Positions 56,596 to 64,000 of a stretch of 64,000 nt of DNA are shown here, in pieces. The DNA comes from the human T2T-CHM13v2.0 reference genome, Homo sapiens, in assembly GCF_009914755.1 (NCBI RefSeq), contig NC_060925.1; one strand, written 5' to 3'. Position 1 is the first letter of the stretch; every line of letters starts with the position of its first letter. The notes below the pieces were generated by a model, which did no database searches, was not told the DNA's origin, and saw only the letters and a list, made by a program, of their open reading frames with translations. Made by a program: the position numbers and the translations under genes.

Positions 56596-59500
56596 CATAT
56601 TTTCATCATAAGAGCGATAGTTGAAGCTTTTCAACCTCATATGCTATTAGGTAGTATATATTGATATTTGGAACTCAGAATTGTTGTTAATTTTTTTATT
56701 CTAAAAATTATTGGGACTATCATTAATTAACTATAGCTACCTAGAAATCCTAGTCTTTGGTGGTGAAATCACTTTGTTTTCTCAACATAATGAAGTTTAC
56801 CTGATATTTCCTCACAAAGGAGAGGTTACCGGTTGGAGACTTATGGAGAATCCTAGCATCTTGATACGTGGAGAGGAAAAGATGGCGAAAAGGCTTAAAT
56901 TTGATGTATATTTTGTGTACAGAGTAGGGTATTTTGCCTCCTTAATGGAAACTTCACGCTAGAATGACTTCTGAGGCTATTCTGAAATTGTTGCATTTGA
57001 TAATCCTTTTTAATGGCAAGCCTCCAAATGTATGGTGCTTTGTCACTAAATCCTTATCTATATAATTTTTGAGGAGACATTTCAATAACAGTTTCTTTTA
57101 AAAGTTCTAAGGTAGGTTTTTAGAAGCGTTCCTTTTTAAAAATCAGTTTTTAGCTCATGAAACTGAAATACCAGTTTTAAAAAGTCAAGGTTGAACTGAA
57201 AGGCATCATTATAATAGAGGAGCTTTGCTACATTACCTGAATTATTGTTTCCTTCTTTGCACCAAGAACAGATTAAATATGCATTCTCTTGATATCCAGT
57301 ATTTGTTAGCAATTTTCAGAGTAAAGTATTGCTATTTGATTTGTTTTTCTATTCATAATCATTTGCATTTGCTAAGAGAGTGCCTTAGGTCTTTTAGATC
57401 TACTACACTGAGTGGCTCATGCTTACAGACGAAAGATGATTCTGCTTCTTTTTGTCATCCATTTGACACCCAGGGCCGTCTATGTGTTAAAATGTAGCAA
57501 TAGCAATTTCTCTTCCTGGCTTCCATGTTAATGTAGCATGTGCCCCCAGGTTTTGCTTGTATTTGGATCTCCATCTGATGTGTCAATTCCGGATTAATCT
57601 AAACCTGGGACACTGAGTTACTGACATCTGCAGTTTTAGCCTAAAGAACTAAAATTTCCACCTTTGTGTTTCTATGCAAATTAATCATCATCCAAAAAAT
57701 TCTAAGACAGCACGTTGGAATCCATGCTGCGTGCCTGTCCTATAATTGCCCATATAGTCATCCCTTACTCTATTTTGTGTAATGAAATTTTAGCTCTTGT
57801 CTATTGAACTTCTCATTAGTGAAATAAATCAAATAGTTAATTTATTTGCTAAACTTATTGTAAGCACAAAAACGACATTCTCCACACCCAAAGAGGCTGC
57901 TTTCTTCAATATTTATCTTTATGTGTTTCTTTTTTCTACTTTCCATCATATCAATTTTTAAAGGGTTTTTGTTGTTATTCTTTTTCTGTTTGTTGCTTTT
58001 ATCATACAGAAGCAGTGCTTACATTGAATTAAACTAATATACTCATCTTTTTTGTTTTAATGCGCTTTGCTTTCTTCTTTTCCCTTAAACGATCCCTTTG
58101 AATGTCTCCTGATGCTATAATTTTGGTAATATCTAGCACTTAAACCAATTTGAACAAGAAATGGTTTGTACAGAAAGTTATTGTCAATAATGCCACTAAT
58201 ACCACAAATCTTTCATGTTCTTGATTATCTTTTGAAAGTGATGTTTGTGTCTTACATCTGCTCTTCTTTCTCATTCTGCAGAAGGATATTTCAGCATTTG
58301 GTATTTTTCAGTATTCATTCTATTTTGTCGTGTATGCAGATTGCTCTCCTCTGTGTATTATTCTTCCTACAGTCAGACATGACTTAGCAATGCCGAATAG
58401 CAGACCTCGGTCACTTGGCTGACCACTCTTTTTTTTGTTAATACCTACTACATTTTTAAAGTGGTTCAACTTAGATACCTGACAAAATCAGGCTGAGAAA
58501 ATTGTCTGAAGGAAAATCTCCCAAACCTAGCTTAATTAAAAAAAAAAAAAATCTCATGAAGAAAGTATCTCTTCACAAACCATGTGCTGTACCAAAATGT
58601 TAGGTTTTTGTGTTTCTTTCAATTAAGGCTTAATAATGATTTTGCCTAATTCTTTAGTGATATCTCTACCATTAGTGAGTCACATGTGATTGGTCAGTTT
58701 AACATGGAAAGTAAGTTTCCTGATATTATGTATGATTAATATCAGTTATAAAAAGGTAACTAAACAGCCTGTATTTTCTAAGCCAAGGATGAAAGCTTCT
58801 TTACAATTTTTCCTTGAAATTGTAATATTGAAAATGAAAAAATTAGTCTCAACAGAATTTCCCTTTAATAATATACATATTACTATGTAAATATGTTTCA
58901 GGGAAAAATTGTAATATTTACAAATATATATATTGGAAAACTTTTCCTTGCTGTTTTTCTTACAACTAGTGTCTCTATGATATCTTTTCTCCATAGGACT
59001 TAGACATCAACCTGACAACAAATTCAGCCCTAAGTTTGGAAATATATCATTGTTTTCTTTTTCATACTCTTTCATCTGTGTAACTCTCCTAGGAATAAGT
59101 AGTCAAAGAAACTTTAGAGGTGTAAAGAAAAATGAAGTTATTTGTAAATTTGCATATGCACACACATACGTACACATTATGTTTTGTAGAAGAAAAAAGA
59201 GCTATTATATAATTTATGAAAGGAGACTGTGTCATTTTAAGAGAAAAAGAAATGTTTTTGTGATTTTTCTGTGAAATTCACCTTTCACAATATTCAGTGT
59301 CTAAGAAATTGCTTACTGTTATTTTGCATGAAATGAGAGCCGCTCATTGCAGCATATTAGTTTACGATCTACCTTACCTGTTTTAATCTACTGTTTTTAT
59401 TAAAATGAGTTGGGTTGCTGTTTGTTTTTATCACTGCATTTTTATGCAAAAGACGCAAGTTGGTTTTTTAAAAAGCATTTGCAGAGGATCAATTTTTAAG

Positions 59501-59811
59501 ATGATACCTTTTTTGGTGCTTAAATAGGTTGTCAATGGAATCACTGAAAGTAGAGCAGCATGTTTTCACAGAAAAAGGAAGAAACTAACGTCAAAACATT
59601 TTTAAAGAGTTTTGCTTGCTACGGCTTTTCTCTAGCATGTAGTTGATACTAAGTTTTGTTGCGATAACATGGTGAATGTTTTTTTTTATGTTTATTGTTT
59701 ACATAGCTCCATTTAGGATAACGGAGTCTTTATAAATAAGAGATATTTTTAAGGAAGTCTTTGAGATCGTGTCTATTTAATGTTTCCTCTCTTTTCCTTA
59801 TGCCCCTACAG

Positions 59812-59826
59812 AAATTCATGATGAAG
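59812..59826 (+). CDS. RYR2: RYR2 microexon 5 (15 nt, KFMMK)
   Basis: tttcctctcttttccttatgcccctacag|AAA TTC ATG ATG AAG|gtaaga. Continues ...VEKW-KFMMK-(TAQGGGH, encoded beyond the window). Confidence 0.95.
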
Positions 59827-59838
59827 GTAAGACATCTT

Positions 59839-59972
59839 AATATATATGCTATGTATATATATAGCAGATATATTACTATATATGGATTATATATGTATGT
59901 ATCTGCATATTAGTATAGCTGTATTATATATATGACAGATATATATATTACTATATATCAGCTATATATATG
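59839..59972. repeat. Degenerate (TA)-rich low-complexity tract
   Basis: tatatatgctatgtatatatatagcagatatattactatatat... begins about 12 nt after the exon 5 donor. Confidence 0.85.
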
Positions 59973-61861
59973 TGGTACTTTGTATGTTTTCTGTATGGTT
60001 ATACACATTTATTTTACTTTTGAATCCATGTAACTTTTCTTCACATGCTTTTAAAAGGTTTTTAAAAATCAAGCTTTGGAGCTTTTAAATTTAGATAAAT
60101 CACGTTTAGATTTAACAACTCAACAAACAACATTTGACATTTTTGGGTCATATTGTAACATATTATATTTAATTAGCTAACATTAAGAATTTCTCTTATT
60201 AAAACAATTTTAGTAGCTCTCCATTTAGAATATTCACTCTGGGGATTATGTTGACTTTGCATTTATGCCCTTTTGCATGAATACAATGGGAAATTCTTCC
60301 ACTGGGAAATTAGGGGAGGCACCAAGAAACTACTTCTACTTACTCCAGGAGAAGTGAAAATAATTCAGCCAGCCCCTTATTCATTTCTCAACTAAATTGG
60401 AAAAGTGAAAATATTGTAAAAGTAGACAAATGAAAAGAGTAAAGCATGTGGACATGTCATCGAAGGAATATGTAAGGGACAGACAGGAAGAGTAGACTAT
60501 GGTTATTTTAGGATATATAATAGAAAATTTTTGTTTCATTTTTGTATGCCCACTACCTTTCTCCTATAACATTTATGGGGTTTAATTTTTTTATCTTAAA
60601 AGCCAAGAAACAATGGGTAGGTAGAAAAATTGATTGATATTCCATTAATAAAGGCTTAAAAGAATTTATGATTTTGAAAGAAAGAGACTGTGAGAAATAT
60701 TAAATCAAAATTCCAGATATAGATGGAAAAGATTGCTTTGAAGAAAAGGAAGCGCGTTCTTGTCAGTCTGTTGAATTTTGTGGTTAAATCCATCATGTTT
60801 AATAAAACTGAACCAGGTGCATTGTGGGACACCCTAACCTGGACCTGTTCACTACCAGTGCGAATTCGGCGTTTTGGATGGGATGACAGAACAGAGTATT
60901 TCTTTGAAGCCATCTATCAACCAGGACGTGGAACATCTTCTAGAATTTCAAATAACTCTAGCTCTTATTTTTCAGTAGAAAATATTATGATCACATTTTG
61001 AAGAGAGGACGTTAATCCCTAAATTAGACGTATCATGAAACAAGAGTTTGGGTTGGAAAAATATTTAAAACAACAGCAAAATAGGAATATTTCCTCTCTT
61101 TGCAAATACTGATAACTTATGATTTGGGGTTTGAGAAAATTTAGTTTTTCCTGCTAAATCTGCATTTGCTGTATTCATTTTATCATCTCATTCTTAATTC
61201 AACTGTACAATATTGTATGGACTTCCCCTTGGGAAGGGTGAATGAAATGGTCGCCTGAAACAGACATCTGAAGGTCTCTTGTGAGAACAAATGCATATAA
61301 AAACCAGTGCAAATAGAAAGATGATGTAGAATTAGTTAAAAGCAGGTGGTATGCCTAAAATAATTTAATTAGGCCCCCAGTTCTTTTAACTTCGAGGCCA
61401 GAAGGCCAATAGTTATTTTCACACTTGCAATGGATGATCTGGAAAGGTTAGAATTGGATTAAGGGGAGGGCATATGCATGCAATTACAGTAATTTAAGTC
61501 ACGTAAACAGAAAAACATGCTGAATTTTATCTCGCTTTCACCTTTCAATCATCATGCTTTGCTTTGGGTTTCATACGGAAAAGGCATTAACTTCTTAGAA
61601 CCAGATGGATGCTTTCTTGTTGTGGGAGCCTATTTCTGCTGGTTGGTGCTAAACAGTGATGCATTAGGACTGTCCTAAGCCTGATCTGTTCCCTGAGGAG
61701 ACTTTCCATGAAGACACCATCCCAAGTAAGCCAGTCCATGTCAAATGGATGTCTTGACAATGTTAAACTGGCCTTTGCAGGCACCTTTATCTTCAACTGA
61801 GGCCAGGATTCTCATGGATTGTTACAGTCCTTCGGTGACCCTGTTGTGTGATTCACTACTT

Positions 61862-62020
61862 ATTTTATTTTTTAAGAGACAGGGTTTTGCTCTGTTGCCC
61901 AGGCTGGAGTACAGTGGCATGAACATAGCTCACTGCAACCTGGAACTCCTGGGCTCCAGTGATCTTCTGGGCTCAGCCTCCTAGGTAGTTGGGATTACAA
62001 GCATGAGGCACTTTGCCTTG
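61862..62020 (-). mobile_element. Alu monomer (FRAM/AluJ right arm)
   Basis: agagacagggttttgctctgttgcccaggctggagtacagtgg. Confidence 0.85.
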
Positions 62021-62129
62021 CTCTGGGCCAACTGTATTTAAAAAACACAGAGCCAAAAAACAAAAAAAGCAAACCAGAAAGAACAAAATATAGAGCCAGT
62101 AATTTTAATGTGTGTGTAAACCTCTTTAG

Positions 62130-62165
<36 letters not shown>

Positions 62166-62178
62166 TATATATATATAT
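62130..62178. repeat. (CA)n-(TA)n microsatellite
   Basis: Read directly. Confidence 0.95.
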
Positions 62179-62521
62179 GAAATGTGTAGGCCAAGCTTTA
62201 CGGTAAAAGGAGCACTTTCTGGTTAACTTCAAGACCTTGTCCTTCACTTTTAAAACATTTTGTTTTGACTAGTGTGGCTGTCAAGTTTTATTAAAGTTCA
62301 CGTGGATTTTATAGCTTTGGAACATAAATCTGGTATGAAAAGGTGAGCTTCTATCAAAGTAATTCAAACCAGACAAAGTAAATAAAATTGTTCTTGGCCA
62401 CAATAAATCAAATGCATTATAGAAAAAAAAGTGCTCTCTAAAGACAGCCTCATTCTCTGAAGGAGTATAGTTTTTCAAAGTAGATTTTTCCCTTTTCTTC
62501 TCAGTTATGTGAAAAAAGTGA

Positions 62522-62842
<321 letters not shown>

Positions 62843-63309
62843 CCCCAAAAAAGTGGTTTTTCAGCAGTTTTTCTTATTTTAATACCTTTTAATATCTGTT
62901 TTTAGAATAGTTCTGAGTTTTTTCAAACAAAACATAAAGTTATTTTGAGAAACTATATGGAACAACAAGAATGTGATATTTGTTTAGTAAAAAGGTTGTA
63001 ATAATATTGGATATTAAAGTACCTTTCTGTACTTCTTAGGCATAGGTCAGTATCATCACTCTTATTCTGAAAATTTTTAAAGACCTCCTTTTCCTGCAAA
63101 AAGAATTACAAACTTCTCGTCATAATATTTTGTACCTTCCATGGTCTTTCCCTGATCTAATTTTATAATGCCTGTGAAGTTTTTCTGTGCAACCCAACAC
63201 TAAAATTCCATGATTGCTTCCTCCTTCTTACACACCTTGTGATTATATACCATGACCCCTTTATACATACTCCTTACTCAGCCTGAAGTGAGCTTCCCCA
63301 TATCCAGTT

Positions 63310-63945
63310 TTTCATTTGACAGTTGTTTACTGAGTACTTACCATGGCCTGACCTCACGCTCATAGCTGGAGGTGAAATGATAATCAGGACAGCGTCATTG
63401 TCCTTCAGGAGTTTTCAGTCTGATCAAGGGGAGGAGGGTTCTTGTGTAGAGTGTAAGGCCAATGTACATGTGTATACCTAGGGCTGCAGGAGGATGGGGA
63501 GAGTGAGTAGCTTTGAGGAAACTGGATGAGGCTTCATAGAGGAGGTAGTCTTTAATCAGAGTTTTAAAAAGTAGAGGGAGAAAAAAATCTGAGTATAAAT
63601 GGGGCTGTGCAATTCAAACCTGTGTCGTTAAAGAGTCACATGTACATAAAATATGTAAAAGTTTCATTCCATTCTTATAAAAACTTTATTAAATTATAAC
63701 ATCAATACATATTTATTCTATACAGTTTGGAAGTTACAGAAGAAAAATCCTTCAATTACACTAATAGAAAAAAACTACTGGAGGCTTTCCTATTAAAAAG
63801 GCTTTATAAGGCAGGGAAGACTAGAGAGAGGGAATGTTGTATTCCGAGATGGGGCAGCATGAAAGCAGTATGGCATATTCAGGGAAGGGAAAGTGGGTAT
63901 GTTTGGAGCACAGGATGATTGAAGATGAGGCTAGAGATGAGTGAG
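63310..63945 (-). mobile_element. L2 fragments
   Basis: tgtttactgagtacttaccatg ... gaggcttcatagaggaggtag. Boundaries approximate. Confidence 0.55.
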
Positions 63946-63959
63946 ACAAATGTCTCTCT

Positions 63960-64000
63960 GTGCTTCTCAAAGTAGTCTCTGGACCAACGGCATCAGCATC
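63960..64000. mobile_element. Start of a MER5-like hAT element
   Basis: gtgcttctcaaagt...ggacc...gcatcagcatc, truncated by the window end. Confidence 0.55.

Noticed and set aside
60656-61001. Bidirectional 85-92 aa ORFs in unique sequence
   Set aside because: No RyR2 similarity (the next expected peptide TAQGGGH is absent) and no convincing splice context.

Overview
Human (primate) genomic DNA: AT-rich, dense in Alu, L1, L2, MIR and LTR repeats, and almost entirely intronic. It lies within RYR2 (cardiac ryanodine receptor), on the + strand. Three phase-0 coding exons can be read directly, and the ORF track misses all of them: exon 3 (26307-26411, 105 nt, [35 protein letters not shown], non-canonical GC donor), microexon 4 (51419-51439, 21 nt, QVDVEKW) and microexon 5 (59812-59826, 15 nt, KFMMK). 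Exon numbers and repeat subfamily names are from recall and are not database-checked. The listed ORFs appear to be repeat-derived or chance. Notable structure: (1) two same-orientation Alus sharing a 30-bp identity 1126 bp apart around exon 3, the substrate of the known exon-3 deletion; (2) a second, non-Alu 35-bp direct repeat that also brackets exon 3; (3) splicing-factor motif clusters around the microexons; (4) an antisense LTR12-type solo LTR nested in an older LTR carrying a 4x48-bp expansion; (5) a local duplication of an Alu 3' end together with its unique flank. I found no evidence of a new protein-coding system; the novel-looking signals are regulatory or structural.
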